64,000 bases of DNA from an uncultured Alphaproteobacteria bacterium (GTDB taxonomy: Bacteria; Pseudomonadota; Alphaproteobacteria; Methylaequorales; Methylaequoraceae). The DNA is taken from assembly GCA_902530985.1 (NCBI GenBank), contig CACACI010000004.1, positions 2,339 to 66,338 of the forward strand, given 5' to 3'. Under the pieces are notes generated by a model, which was not told the DNA's origin, ran no database searches, and worked only from the letters and a program-made list of their open reading frames with translations. Positions 29,406 through 40,019 of the stretch are shown here, piece by piece (the stretch's first letter is position 1; the number at the start of each line of letters is the position of its first letter). The position numbers were made by a program, and so were the translations under genes.

Positions 29406-31350
29406 AAAAAGAATTCAAGATATGGCAAATGCTATTAGAGCATTATCTATTGATTCAATTGAAAAAGCGAACTCAGGACATCCGGGCATGCCACTTGGAA
29501 TGGCAGATGTAGCTACAATTCTTTTTTCTAACTATTTAAAATTTGACTCTCAAAACCCAGATTGGATTAATAGAGATAGATTTGTTTTGTCGGCAGGTCA
29601 TGGTTCAATGCTACTTTATGCTATTTCTTATTTAGTTGGTTATAGAGATTGCACCTTGAATCAACTTAAAAGTTTTAGGCAATTAGGAAGTAAGACAGCT
29701 GGACATCCAGAATATGGTTTATTAAAAAGTATTGAGACTACTACTGGACCGCTCGGACAGGGGTTGGCAAATAGCGTAGGAATGGCACTTGCAGAAAAAG
29801 TTTTAAATCTTAAATATGGAAGTTTGATTGATCATAGAACATGGGTTGTTGTTGGAGATGGATGTTTAATGGAAGGTATATCCCAAGAAGCAATCTCTTT
29901 CGCAGGTCATCAAAAATTAAATAAATTAATTGTTTTATTTGATGATAATAAAATATCTATTGATGGCTCTGTAGATCTAACATGCTCTGATAATCAAGAA
30001 AAAAGATTTCAAGCAAGTAATTGGAATACATTAAGTATCGATGGACACGATTTTGATCAAATAAATAGTGCAATGAAAACTGCAATTAATTCTGATAGAC
30101 CAACTTTTATTTCATGTAAAACAATTATAGGTTATGGGTCACCTAATAAATCTGGAACAGAAACATGCCATGGCTCACCTTTAGGAAATAAAGAAGCAAA
30201 ACTAACAAAAAATAATCTTAATTGGTTCTATAAGAATTTCAGTGTGCCTGAAAAAATTTTAAAAGATTGGAGACAAGTAGCCAAAAAAGGAAAAAAAGCT
30301 AAAGATAGTTGGCAAAAACGAATTGATAAATCACCTAACAAAAAATTATTATTAAAACAAATGAAGTTGATAAAACTGGATAGGACTGAAGATACTTACA
30401 ATTTTTTAAATAGTTTAACAAAAAATTCTAAAATAGAGGCAACAAGAAAATCATCCCATAAAACACTGGAGTTTTTATACAAAAGAATTGATAAACTCTT
30501 GGGTGGCTCAGCAGATCTTACAGGTTCAAACCTTACAAAAATCTCTTCGTCAAGATTAAATGGAAAAAAACTTAACTATGTTCATTACGGAGTTCGAGAA
30601 CATTTAATGGCCGCAGCTATGAATGGGGTTGCCGTACATGGTGGTTTTATACCTTATGGTGGAACGTTCTTAGTTTTTTCAGATTATTGTAAAAATTCAA
30701 TAAGATTATCAGCAATGATGAAACAACAAGTTATATATGTATTTACTCATGACTCAATTGGTCTAGGCGAAGACGGCCCAACACACCAACCAATCGAACA
30801 TCTGGCAGGTTTAAGAGCAATACCAAACTTGAATGTTTTTAGACCATGTGATTCCATTGAAACATTTGAGTGTTGGGAAATTGCTATTAATACTCCAAAG
30901 GTTCCTTCAGTTCTTGCACTTTCAAGGCAAAACTTACCTCTTCTCAGAAGTAGTTTCAAAAAAAATCAGTCTGAAAAAGGGGGATATTTTTTAAAAAAAC
31001 AAAGGAATTATAAGTTAACGATTATTGCTAGTGGATCGGAAGTTTCTATCGCAGTTGATGTTCAAAAGATGTTGAATAATCAAGGTATAAATGTAAATTT
31101 AGTTTCAATGCCGTGCATAGAATTGTTTGAAATGCAGAACAAAAACTACAAAAATAATATATTAGGCTTAAAACCAAAAGTTGTAATCGAGGCTTCATCC
31201 ACCTACAGTTGGTATAAATTTCTAGGCCCCAATGATCTTGTTTTTGGAATAAATAATTTCGGTGAATCAGGTAAAGCTGAAGAGTTATATAATCACTTTG
31301 GAATAACTAAAGAGAAAATATATAAAAAGATATTAAAGGAAATATTGTAA
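29389..31350 (+). CDS. tkt: transketolase
   Basis: SGHPGMPLG, RDRFVLSAGH, GDGCLMEG, GVREH, THDSIGLGEDGPTHQP. Confidence 0.98.
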   Translation: MNIIDKKRIQDMANAIRALSIDSIEKANSGHPGMPLGMADVATILFSNYLKFDSQNPDWINRDRFVLSAGHGSMLLYAISYLVGYRDCTLNQLKSFRQLGSKTAGHPEYGLLKSIETTTGPLGQGLANSVGMALAEKVLNLKYGSLIDHRTWVVVGDGCLMEGISQEAISFAGHQKLNKLIVLFDDNKISIDGSVDLTCSDNQEKRFQASNWNTLSIDGHDFDQINSAMKTAINSDRPTFISCKTIIGYGSPNKSGTETCHGSPLGNKEAKLTKNNLNWFYKNFSVPEKILKDWRQVAKKGKKAKDSWQKRIDKSPNKKLLLKQMKLIKLDRTEDTYNFLNSLTKNSKIEATRKSSHKTLEFLYKRIDKLLGGSADLTGSNLTKISSSRLNGKKLNYVHYGVREHLMAAAMNGVAVHGGFIPYGGTFLVFSDYCKNSIRLSAMMKQQVIYVFTHDSIGLGEDGPTHQPIEHLAGLRAIPNLNVFRPCDSIETFECWEIAINTPKVPSVLALSRQNLPLLRSSFKKNQSEKGGYFLKKQRNYKLTIIASGSEVSIAVDVQKMLNNQGINVNLVSMPCIELFEMQNKNYKNNILGLKPKVVIEASSTYSWYKFLGPNDLVFGINNFGESGKAEELYNHFGITKEKIYKKILKEIL

Positions 31351-32544
31351 ATGATAACCATAAAAAAAAAGTTTTCTGACTCTTATAACTTTGTTTATAA
31401 CAAAATTGTTCTTCTTCGCGTAGATTTAAATATTCCTTTTGAAAATAATCAAGTTTTAGACTCAACTAGAATAAAAAAAATTCTTCCAACTATCAATAAT
31501 TTACTTAAACATAAAGCCAAGATTATTATTATTTCGCATCTTGGAAGACCAAAAGGTAAATGGTTAGATGATTTCTCATTAAAAGTTGTAATAAGCGAGT
31601 TAGAAAACTTAACAAATAAAAGTGTATTATTTTTTAAAAATAATATTAAAAATATAAAAAAAGATGAAATTAATGAAAAATTTCAAGACCATGATATAAT
31701 TGTTTTTGAAAATATCAGATTTTACCCTGAAGAAGAAAAGAACGACCAAAAGTTCACCAAAAAAATTGCTTCATTAGGAGATATCTATATCAATGAATGT
31801 TTTTCATGTAGCCATAGGAACCACTCATCAATCTCTGGAATACCAGAATTTTTGCCTTCTTTCCCAGGAGAACTTTTAGAAAATGAAATTCAGAATCTAA
31901 AAAACCTTTTTCTTTTATCAAATCATCAAGATAGTGTCGCAGTATTAGGTGGAGCCAAAATTTCAACCAAAATAAAACTTATAGAATTCTATGCGAGTAA
32001 ATTTTCTAAAGTTTTAATTGGCGGTGCAATGGCTAATACTATTTTGGTCTCTCAAGGTTTTGAGATTGGAGCATCATTAATTGAGAAAAAAATGATTAAA
32101 TTCTCAAACGAAGTTTTCAAAATGTTTAAAGATAAAATTTTATTGCCAACTGATGTTATAGTTTCAGATAAAAAATTATTAAAAAAAGCTGAAGTAAAAC
32201 TAACAACAGAAATTAATAAAACTGATGTTATTTTAGACATCGGTCCAAAAACTAGAATGTTATTCTTTAATGAAGTTGTTAAAGCAAAAACTATTTTATG
32301 GAATGGTCCACTTGGTTTTTTTGAAAAAAAACCGTTTGATGAGGGGACTCATTATGTATTAAAGTCAATTAAAGCTAACAAAAATAAAAATTTCTTTTCT
32401 GTCGCAGGTGGAGGTGATACTATATCTATATTAAATCAATCAAATTGTTTTAATGATTTTTCTTTTGTTTCAACCGGTGGCGGAGCCTTTTTAGAGTTCA
32501 TTCAAGGTGAAAATATGCCAGGTTTGTCTAGTTTAAATGAATAG
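31351..32544 (+). CDS. pgk: phosphoglycerate kinase
   Basis: RVDLNIP, SHLGRP, GGAK, WNGPLG, GGGDT, STGGGA. Confidence 0.96.
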   Translation: MITIKKKFSDSYNFVYNKIVLLRVDLNIPFENNQVLDSTRIKKILPTINNLLKHKAKIIIISHLGRPKGKWLDDFSLKVVISELENLTNKSVLFFKNNIKNIKKDEINEKFQDHDIIVFENIRFYPEEEKNDQKFTKKIASLGDIYINECFSCSHRNHSSISGIPEFLPSFPGELLENEIQNLKNLFLLSNHQDSVAVLGGAKISTKIKLIEFYASKFSKVLIGGAMANTILVSQGFEIGASLIEKKMIKFSNEVFKMFKDKILLPTDVIVSDKKLLKKAEVKLTTEINKTDVILDIGPKTRMLFFNEVVKAKTILWNGPLGFFEKKPFDEGTHYVLKSIKANKNKNFFSVAGGGDTISILNQSNCFNDFSFVSTGGGAFLEFIQGENMPGLSSLNE

Positions 32545-32556
32545 TATGAAGAGATT

Positions 32557-33591
32557 ATGAGTCATAATAAGTTAAATGAAATAGCAAAAAATTTGTCAAA
32601 ACCTCCTAAAGGTATTCTAGCAGCAGATGAGAGTACCAATACTATTTCTAAGAGATTTAATGATATTAAAGTCGAATCAACCGATGAGAATAGAAGAAAA
32701 TATAGAGAGTTACTCTTTAAAACAAAAGATTTAAATAAATTTATCAGTGGTATTATTCTCTTTGATGAAACAATTCGTCAATCAACCTCAGAAAAGGTTC
32801 CATTTGGAAGATTTCTTAATGATCTGGGAATAATGCCAGGAATAAAAGTGGATACTGGTGCAGTTCCGATTGCACCTGAATCTATTGAAAAAGTAACAGA
32901 AGGATTAGACGGATTAGGTAAAAGGTTAATTGAATATAAGGAACTTGGAGCCTTATTTACAAAATGGAGAGCAATAATTGATATCAATGAAGAAAGTAGA
33001 ATACCCTCTGATTATTTAATAGATTTAAACTGTTCAAACTTGGCAAGATATGCAAAAATTGTCCAGGATCATGGCATGGTTCCTATTGTTGAACCAGAAG
33101 TTTTAATGGACGGTGCTCATTCTATAGAAAAATGTTATGAGGTAACCTCAAAAACTCAAAAATTACTTTTTAAAAAATTAGATCATAACGATGTAAATCT
33201 AAAAGGAATACTTTTAAAACCTAATATGATTATTTCAGGAAGAAAATCACCATCACAAGCTTCTATTTCTGAAGTGGCATCACAGACTGTTAAATGTTTA
33301 AAAGAAAATGTGCCAAAAGATGTTCCTGGAATTGTTTTTCTATCTGGTGGACAATCTAATGAGTTAGCAACTCAGCATCTAAATGAGATGAATAAATCTA
33401 ATGAAGAAAAACCATGGAATTTAAGTTTTTCTTATGGCAGAGCACTTCAACAACCAACACTAAATGCATGGCAAGGAAATGATAATAAAATCTCAAATTC
33501 GCAAAATGCGTTATTTAAAAGAAGCAAATTGAATTCAAGTGCCACTCTTGGAAAATATTCAGAGGATCTAGAAAACTCAAATTATGAATAA
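32557..33591 (+). CDS. class I fructose-bisphosphate aldolase
   Basis: KGILAADES, KWRA, VPIVEPEV, LKPNM (Schiff-base Lys), FLSGGQS, FSYGRALQ. Confidence 0.96.
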   Translation: MSHNKLNEIAKNLSKPPKGILAADESTNTISKRFNDIKVESTDENRRKYRELLFKTKDLNKFISGIILFDETIRQSTSEKVPFGRFLNDLGIMPGIKVDTGAVPIAPESIEKVTEGLDGLGKRLIEYKELGALFTKWRAIIDINEESRIPSDYLIDLNCSNLARYAKIVQDHGMVPIVEPEVLMDGAHSIEKCYEVTSKTQKLLFKKLDHNDVNLKGILLKPNMIISGRKSPSQASISEVASQTVKCLKENVPKDVPGIVFLSGGQSNELATQHLNEMNKSNEEKPWNLSFSYGRALQQPTLNAWQGNDNKISNSQNALFKRSKLNSSATLGKYSEDLENSNYE

Positions 33592-34234
33592 AAAGGTGAA
33601 AATCGCACCATCAATTCTTTCTGCAGATTTTTCAAAACTTGGTGATGAGATTTCTGATCTCGATAAAACAGATTGTGATTATATTCATATAGATATAATG
33701 GATGGACATTTTGTTCCAAATATAACAATAGGGCCAAACGTTATTAAATCAATAAGAGGATATACTGACAAAACATTTGATGTTCATTTAATGATTGACC
33801 CAGTAAAAAAATTTATACCTGAATTTGCAAATGCAGGTGCAGATATAATAACTATACATCATGAGATTAAGGAAAATGTATTTGACTCAATTTCTGTAAT
33901 AAAAGAATTCAATAAAAAAGTTGGTATTTCAATTAAACCATCTACTCCCGCAAAAGTAGTTGAAAAATACTTAGATTATACTGATTTAATACTAGTGATG
34001 ACTGTAGAGCCAGGTTTTGGTGGACAAGATTTTTTACATAAACAATTAGATAAAATAAAAGATATTAAAGGCATGATAGGAAATAAAAAGATCGACCTAG
34101 AAGTTGATGGTGGAATTAACTTAAATACTTCAAAAAAGGCTATAAATGCAGGAGCAAATGTATTGGTTTCGGGTTCAACAATTTTTCAGTGTAGTGAGTA
34201 TAAAAAAATAATAAAAGATCTCAGGAATGTATGA
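33584..34234 (+). CDS. rpe: ribulose-phosphate 3-epimerase
   Basis: IAPSILSADF, HIDIMDGHFVPN, DVHLM, MTVEPGFGGQ, EVDGG. Confidence 0.97.
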   Translation: MNKKVKIAPSILSADFSKLGDEISDLDKTDCDYIHIDIMDGHFVPNITIGPNVIKSIRGYTDKTFDVHLMIDPVKKFIPEFANAGADIITIHHEIKENVFDSISVIKEFNKKVGISIKPSTPAKVVEKYLDYTDLILVMTVEPGFGGQDFLHKQLDKIKDIKGMIGNKKIDLEVDGGINLNTSKKAINAGANVLVSGSTIFQCSEYKKIIKDLRNV

Positions 34235-35232
34235 ATTCAACAATAATAAAATTATCTATTTTTTGTCTTCTTTTTTTTAATAAATTGAATTCACAAAACC
34301 TTGTTACTGTTGGAGCTCACAAACCTATTATAAAAGAAATTTCAGATACTTTAGAACTCCCAGGCTCAGTTGTTGCAAATGAGAGCGTTAAGATAACAAG
34401 TGTAGTTTCTGAAAAAATAAAAAGAATTCTTTTCAAGGAAGGCAGATTTGTAAAAAAAAATCAATTACTCGTAGAATTAATAGATAATGAAGAACAAGCT
34501 TTATTGATGCAGGTGCAAGCAGAACTTGAAGAAGCACAAGTCAATTACGAAAGAGCACTTATACTATCTAAAAAAGGAAATATTTCTCAATCCATTCTTG
34601 ATAATAGACTTATGACAAAAAAGAAATTGTCAGGAAAGGTTAAAGAAATTAAAGCACAAATAGAAGATCTTAAAATTAAAGCTCCTTTCAATGGTTTAAC
34701 TGGTATAAGAAATTTTAGCGAGGGATCATTTATAAAACCCGGTGATGTTATTACAGAACTTTACGATACAGAATTTTTGAAAATCCAAGCATATGTTCCA
34801 GAAAGCTATTCTGATCAAGTTAAAGTTAATAGTAATTTTATTTTAGATTTAAGTTCAAAAAAAATTGAAGAGATAAATGGTAAAATATCAGTTGTAAATC
34901 CAATAGTAGATGAAAATACAAGAACTTTTAAAATCTTAGGTAGAATTAATAATTCTAAAAACAATATTATGCCTGGAATGATGGTTAATTTAAAGATCCC
35001 TCTGGCAAAAAGAAATGCATTCATTGTAAGAGAAAATGCAATTCTAAGTCAAGACAACCTATCTTTTGTTTATGTAATCATTGATCAAAATATTGTATCA
35101 AAAAAAAAAATAGAAGTTGGTTTTCGTAATGATGGGATGGTAGAAGTTTTAAATGGTTTAAACTCTGATGATTTAGTAGTTTTTGAGGGTATTAATAAAA
35201 TTAAAGAAGGTTCTAAAGTTAAGATAAGATGA
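34231..35232 (+). CDS. RND efflux periplasmic adaptor (MFP)
   Basis: Lipoyl half-motifs FKEGRFVKKNQLL and IKAPFNG flanking a coiled coil; upstream of an RND permease. Confidence 0.9.
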   Translation: MNSTIIKLSIFCLLFFNKLNSQNLVTVGAHKPIIKEISDTLELPGSVVANESVKITSVVSEKIKRILFKEGRFVKKNQLLVELIDNEEQALLMQVQAELEEAQVNYERALILSKKGNISQSILDNRLMTKKKLSGKVKEIKAQIEDLKIKAPFNGLTGIRNFSEGSFIKPGDVITELYDTEFLKIQAYVPESYSDQVKVNSNFILDLSSKKIEEINGKISVVNPIVDENTRTFKILGRINNSKNNIMPGMMVNLKIPLAKRNAFIVRENAILSQDNLSFVYVIIDQNIVSKKKIEVGFRNDGMVEVLNGLNSDDLVVFEGINKIKEGSKVKIR

Positions 35233-38200
35233 ATTTTTCAGAGTTTTTTATAAAAAAACCAGTTTTTTGTTCAGTACTTGTAGTATTTTTAATCATACTC
35301 GGGCTTCTTTCTTTAAAAAAACTACCACTTAGGCAGTTCCCAGATATTGAAAGATCTGAAATTACTATAGATACTCTTTATCCAGGTGCTGCTTCAGAAA
35401 TTATTGAAACCAAAATCACAGAAATTCTTGAAGGACAAATAAGTGGAATTGATGGAATAGAGTCCATCTCTTCTGTAAGCAGAGATGGAAGGTCAAAAGT
35501 TACAATAGAATTTAAGGCTGACAAAGATATTAATGAAGCCGCTAATGATGTTAGAGATGCCGTTTCTAGAATTCTAGAAAATCTACCTAAGGATTCTAAT
35601 CCACCTGAAATATCAAAGATTGATTCTGACGCCAATGCGATTATGTGGTTAAATTTAACTTCAAATGACATAAATCAATTAGAACTTACAGATTATGCAG
35701 AAAGATACTTAGTTGATAGATTATCAGTTATACCTGGTGTAGCAAAAGTTCGACTCTCAGGTGGTAAAAAGAAATCATTGAGGATATGGCTCGACCCTAA
35801 ACTCCTATCCCAATATTCAATATCAGTCTCAGAGATTGAACAAAAACTTTTAAACGAAAATATAGAAACACCCGCGGGAAGAATTGAGTCAAAATATAGA
35901 GACTTTACAGTTAAGCTTGAAAGTGGATACAAAACTGTTAATGATTTTGAGAATTTAGTAATTAAAAGAGTTGATAGTTTTTCATTTGTTAGATTAGGTG
36001 ATGTTGCTAAGATTGAAATTGGTCCAGAAGAGACTAGACAAATCTTCAGAGGCAATGCAGAAGAAATGATTGGACTTGGAATTTTAAAACAAAAGTCAGC
36101 AAATTTAATTGATGTAACAAATAAGGTAAAAGAAGAATATGCTAGAATCAAAGACGAACTTCCGCAAAGTATTAATATTTATCAAAGCTATGATACTTCA
36201 CTTTTTGTGTCTGAAGCGCTTCAGGAAGTAATATTCACCCTTTGTTTTGCAGTGCTTTTAGTTACTATTATAATATTAATTTTTTTAAGAAATATTAAAA
36301 GTTCAATAATTCCAGTTTTAACGGTACCTATCTCAATTTTATCAACTTTTATTTTCCTAAATTTGTTTGGATTCTCTTTAAATCTTATTACTCTTTTAGC
36401 TTTAGTGCTATGCACAGGGTTAGTTATTGATGACTCAATAGTAATGTTAGAAAATATTCATAAAAGAATTGAGTCAGGTGAATCAAAGTTATCTGCTGCT
36501 ATAAATGGTTCTAAAGAAGTGCTATTCGCAATTTTATCAACTTCAGTTGTTTTAATTAGTATTTTTATGCCAATAATTTTCTTAGAAGGAGACACAGCTA
36601 AACTTTTTCAAGAATTAGCAGTAACTGTTATAGGCGCGGTTGTATTTTCTACAATAATATCTTTAACATTAACTCCTATGCTGTGCTCCAAAGTATTAGA
36701 TTCACCAACAAATAATAACAAAACAAAAAGATTTGAGGAATTATATATAAAATTACTTTCATTTTTTCTTAATAAAAAACTAATTTATCCAATACTTATT
36801 ATTCCAATTATTTTATTTTCGATTTTTTTATACAAGAATATTGCAAAAGAATTTGCACCACAAGAAGACCGAGGTGTTTTTATTATGGTGATGGAGTCAC
36901 CAGAGGGTAGCACATTTGAAAATACGGTAAATCAAATGTTAAAGCTAGAAACAAAATTAATTGAATTCAATAAAAATAATGAGGCAAAACGAATTCTTTT
37001 AAGAGTTCCAAGAAGCTTCTCAGGTACTCAAAATTTTAGTGATGGACTTGGTATAATAATTTTAAATCATTGGGATGATAGAAGAACAATTTGGGAAATA
37101 ATCGATGAATTTAGGAGTATATCGACTGAAATTACTGATTCAAAAGTAATAATTTTTCCTCCACGTGGTCTGGGACAAAGAAGGTCAGGTCAACAACTTC
37201 AATTTGTGATTTCAGGAGACTCCTATCAAAATATTAACCAAAATATGAAAATCATTCTAGATGAGATCAAACAGAATAAGAACTTTCTTTTTAGTAGAAT
37301 TGATTACAAAAAAAATAGACCTCAAATTAAAATAAAAATAAATAAAAACACCGCCTCAGATCTTAAAGTTTCAAACTTTCAAATTGGCAGAACTCTTGAG
37401 ATACTTCTTGCTGGGAGGAAAATTAACACCTTCATAGAAGATGGAGAGGAATATTATGTAATTGTTCAAGCAAAGAAAGAATATAGACAGAATATAAAAG
37501 ACATTGGAGCATTTGAAGTAAAATCATTGGATGGAAACTATATTAGATTAGATAGTTTTTTAGAGTTCCAAGAAGTTGCAGAAGCAAAAGAGCTGAACAG
37601 GTATAACAAAATGAGATCTATCACGCTTAGTGCTGGCTTACAAAAAGGATATTCCTTAGGCGAAGCAATAAATTATTTAGAGAACTTATCTAAAGAAAAA
37701 CTAAAAGGAAATTTTAAAATCGATTTCAAAGGACAAAGTAAAGAATATAAAAAATCAATGAATCAATTTTATTTTTTATTTATAGTTTCCTTTATTTTTG
37801 TTTATCTTATTCTTTGTGCTCAATTTGAAAGCTACAAATTTCCTCTTATAATAATGTTATCTGTACCTTTAACTATTGTAGCTCCCCTTAGTGGAATATA
37901 TTTATTTAATAACTCATTAAATATATTTAGTCAGATAGGTCTAATTATATTAATTGGTATTGCAGCAAAAAATGGCATTCTAATAGTTGAGTTCGCTCGG
38001 CAAATGAAATTAAAAGGAGAGAATTCATACAATGCCATTATTAAAGCATGTAAAAAAAGATTTAGACCTGTTATTATGACAGGTTTTTCTACTGTGATTG
38101 GAATTATACCATTAGTTTTAGGTTCCGGAGCTGGTTTTGAATCAAGATTAACAATTGGGATTGTTTTGATCACTGGAATTATTTTTTCTATTTTTTTAAC

Positions 38201-38246
38201 ATTATTTATAACCCCATTTTTCTTCAGAATTATTGATAAAAAATAA
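35229..38246 (+). CDS. AcrB-family RND efflux permease
   Basis: 1005 aa, GLVIDDSIVMLEN, KNGILIVEF, RFRPVIMT proton-relay motifs. Confidence 0.94.
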   Translation: MNFSEFFIKKPVFCSVLVVFLIILGLLSLKKLPLRQFPDIERSEITIDTLYPGAASEIIETKITEILEGQISGIDGIESISSVSRDGRSKVTIEFKADKDINEAANDVRDAVSRILENLPKDSNPPEISKIDSDANAIMWLNLTSNDINQLELTDYAERYLVDRLSVIPGVAKVRLSGGKKKSLRIWLDPKLLSQYSISVSEIEQKLLNENIETPAGRIESKYRDFTVKLESGYKTVNDFENLVIKRVDSFSFVRLGDVAKIEIGPEETRQIFRGNAEEMIGLGILKQKSANLIDVTNKVKEEYARIKDELPQSINIYQSYDTSLFVSEALQEVIFTLCFAVLLVTIIILIFLRNIKSSIIPVLTVPISILSTFIFLNLFGFSLNLITLLALVLCTGLVIDDSIVMLENIHKRIESGESKLSAAINGSKEVLFAILSTSVVLISIFMPIIFLEGDTAKLFQELAVTVIGAVVFSTIISLTLTPMLCSKVLDSPTNNNKTKRFEELYIKLLSFFLNKKLIYPILIIPIILFSIFLYKNIAKEFAPQEDRGVFIMVMESPEGSTFENTVNQMLKLETKLIEFNKNNEAKRILLRVPRSFSGTQNFSDGLGIIILNHWDDRRTIWEIIDEFRSISTEITDSKVIIFPPRGLGQRRSGQQLQFVISGDSYQNINQNMKIILDEIKQNKNFLFSRIDYKKNRPQIKIKINKNTASDLKVSNFQIGRTLEILLAGRKINTFIEDGEEYYVIVQAKKEYRQNIKDIGAFEVKSLDGNYIRLDSFLEFQEVAEAKELNRYNKMRSITLSAGLQKGYSLGEAINYLENLSKEKLKGNFKIDFKGQSKEYKKSMNQFYFLFIVSFIFVYLILCAQFESYKFPLIIMLSVPLTIVAPLSGIYLFNNSLNIFSQIGLIILIGIAAKNGILIVEFARQMKLKGENSYNAIIKACKKRFRPVIMTGFSTVIGIIPLVLGSGAGFESRLTIGIVLITGIIFSIFLTLFITPFFFRIIDKK

Positions 38247-38251
38247 AAAAA

Positions 38252-39910
38252 TTATCCAGCTTTTTCTATGTTCTGAAAATTTTTTTCACCAAAATAAGTC
38301 TCATCAATTTCAAATTCTTTTAAACTTAATGAATAATAATTTTCAAACCATTCTTTAATCTTTTTATGAATATTCTTGTCATATGACAATTTAAGACATT
38401 TTGTTGATGTTTTTAAATTTTTATGAACTTTTCCGTTTTTAACAATTTCAATACCATTTTTAAATACATATTCTGCATTTCTGAACATTTTGTCGATTGG
38501 TTTTTTTGGGTTGTAGATAGAAATATCAGCTACAGATCCAAATTTTAGAGAACCCCTGTCTGTTAAGCCAAGAATTTTTGCTGGGGCTGCCCTTGTCATT
38601 ATAGCTAACTCATAAAAACTATAAGTTCTTTTAATAAATTTTAAATCACTCATATCTTTTGCATAATTATTAATTTTGTCTAGCTCAGAATTTCTAAAAT
38701 CAAGGTCCATTAATAATCTTATTAATTCTGGATAAGAAGTAAAAGGGGCACCATTTGGATGGTCTGTGGTTAGAAAAACTCTCCAAGGGTCCTTTATCAA
38801 TAAAAAAAGTTCTAACCCTATTGCCCATTGAAGTGCATTTACAAAATTCTTTTCTTTATATTCATAAGGTATTATGCCCCCTCCCCCATCTTCAATTTCT
38901 GAGATCACCCATTTTTTTGGATTCGCATGAAGTTTTGATTGATTCTGCTTCCAGATATCTGAAGAAATTGTCATCGTTGGTTTAAACATTACTTGACCTA
39001 TATCCACTGAAATATTTTTATTTTTATTTATTTTTTCAGCTAACTCTTGAGACCCTGAAGAAAATCCTTTTTTACCCTTACTATCATATCCGTAAAACTG
39101 AATATGAGCTAAGTGCATTCTTCTTCCTTGGGCAGCATCTATAGTACTCAACACAGAACTTATGTTTCCAGCCATCCCCAAATTATTACAATGAACATGT
39201 ACTGGGTGAGGAATCTTTAGGTTCTCGTTAGCAATATTGAGGGATTCTAAAATCTGCCTTGAACTAACACCATATTCTGGAACAATGTCATCTAAATTAA
39301 ATGATTCAGATTCTCCAGTACGTTTAAAAAACTCTGAGCCACCTGCATTAATAACTTTCAAACCAAGACACTTAGATGAATTAATGTTCCATGCAACATA
39401 GTCATCAATAAAAGACTGTCCTTTTTTTTTGTTTAAAGCATCAAGCAAAAGAGTATCATTACCAACAATTCCTAAGCAACCTTTATCGATCATTGGAATT
39501 TTCTCCAACTCTAATTGAGTTAAGAAAGCATTAATAGGAAGTACCGCAGGTTCAATAACTGTAGTGAAACCCATCTCAGCATATCTATACCCAGTACCTT
39601 CTGAAGTCCATCTTGAATTAAAACCTGGAAGAAGTTTCTTTCTATTTAGATTATATTCTAAAAAATTAGAATGGATTTCAGGCGATAGCAATCGAGCATT
39701 GTTTACATTTCCTCCAGCTATATGAGAATGAATATCTATAGCTCCAGCCATAACTATCATCCCTTTTGCATCATAAGTATTCTGATAATCCTTGATTTTT
39801 GACTTTTCAGGTTTAACAATTAATCCGTCATCTACATACAAATCTTGTTTTTTTCCATTAATATTTTGTGAAGGGTCGTAAACAGTACCATTTAAGATTT
39901 TAAATTTCAT
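38252..39910 (-). CDS. fhcA: formylmethanofuran dehydrogenase subunit A / formyltransferase-hydrolase complex subunit A
   Basis: IDIHSHIAG, GYRYAEMGFTT, HVHCNNLG, HLAHIQF, QWAIGLEL, TTDHPNGAPF: FwdA/FhcA amidohydrolase signature. Confidence 0.9.
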   Translation of the reverse strand: MKFKILNGTVYDPSQNINGKKQDLYVDDGLIVKPEKSKIKDYQNTYDAKGMIVMAGAIDIHSHIAGGNVNNARLLSPEIHSNFLEYNLNRKKLLPGFNSRWTSEGTGYRYAEMGFTTVIEPAVLPINAFLTQLELEKIPMIDKGCLGIVGNDTLLLDALNKKKGQSFIDDYVAWNINSSKCLGLKVINAGGSEFFKRTGESESFNLDDIVPEYGVSSRQILESLNIANENLKIPHPVHVHCNNLGMAGNISSVLSTIDAAQGRRMHLAHIQFYGYDSKGKKGFSSGSQELAEKINKNKNISVDIGQVMFKPTMTISSDIWKQNQSKLHANPKKWVISEIEDGGGGIIPYEYKEKNFVNALQWAIGLELFLLIKDPWRVFLTTDHPNGAPFTSYPELIRLLMDLDFRNSELDKINNYAKDMSDLKFIKRTYSFYELAIMTRAAPAKILGLTDRGSLKFGSVADISIYNPKKPIDKMFRNAEYVFKNGIEIVKNGKVHKNLKTSTKCLKLSYDKNIHKKIKEWFENYYSLSLKEFEIDETYFGEKNFQNIEKAG

Positions 39911-40019
39911 TTTGCAAATTGGATTTTTAAGTAGTATTAAATATATTACTTTAAATTTTTTTTTTTAGTACAAGATTATTAATTATCAGATTAATTTAAA
40001 ATAGAAAGAAAAAGATATT

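Noticed and set aside
29389-34234. Calvin-cycle (cbb) operon
   Set aside because: No RuBisCO, phosphoribulokinase, FBPase or cbbR in the window; these genes are equally explained by gluconeogenesis and the pentose phosphate pathway.
39929-39951. Imperfect inverted repeat in the fhcA/folE divergent spacer
   Set aside because: Almost entirely A/T with a mismatch; expected by chance at this composition.
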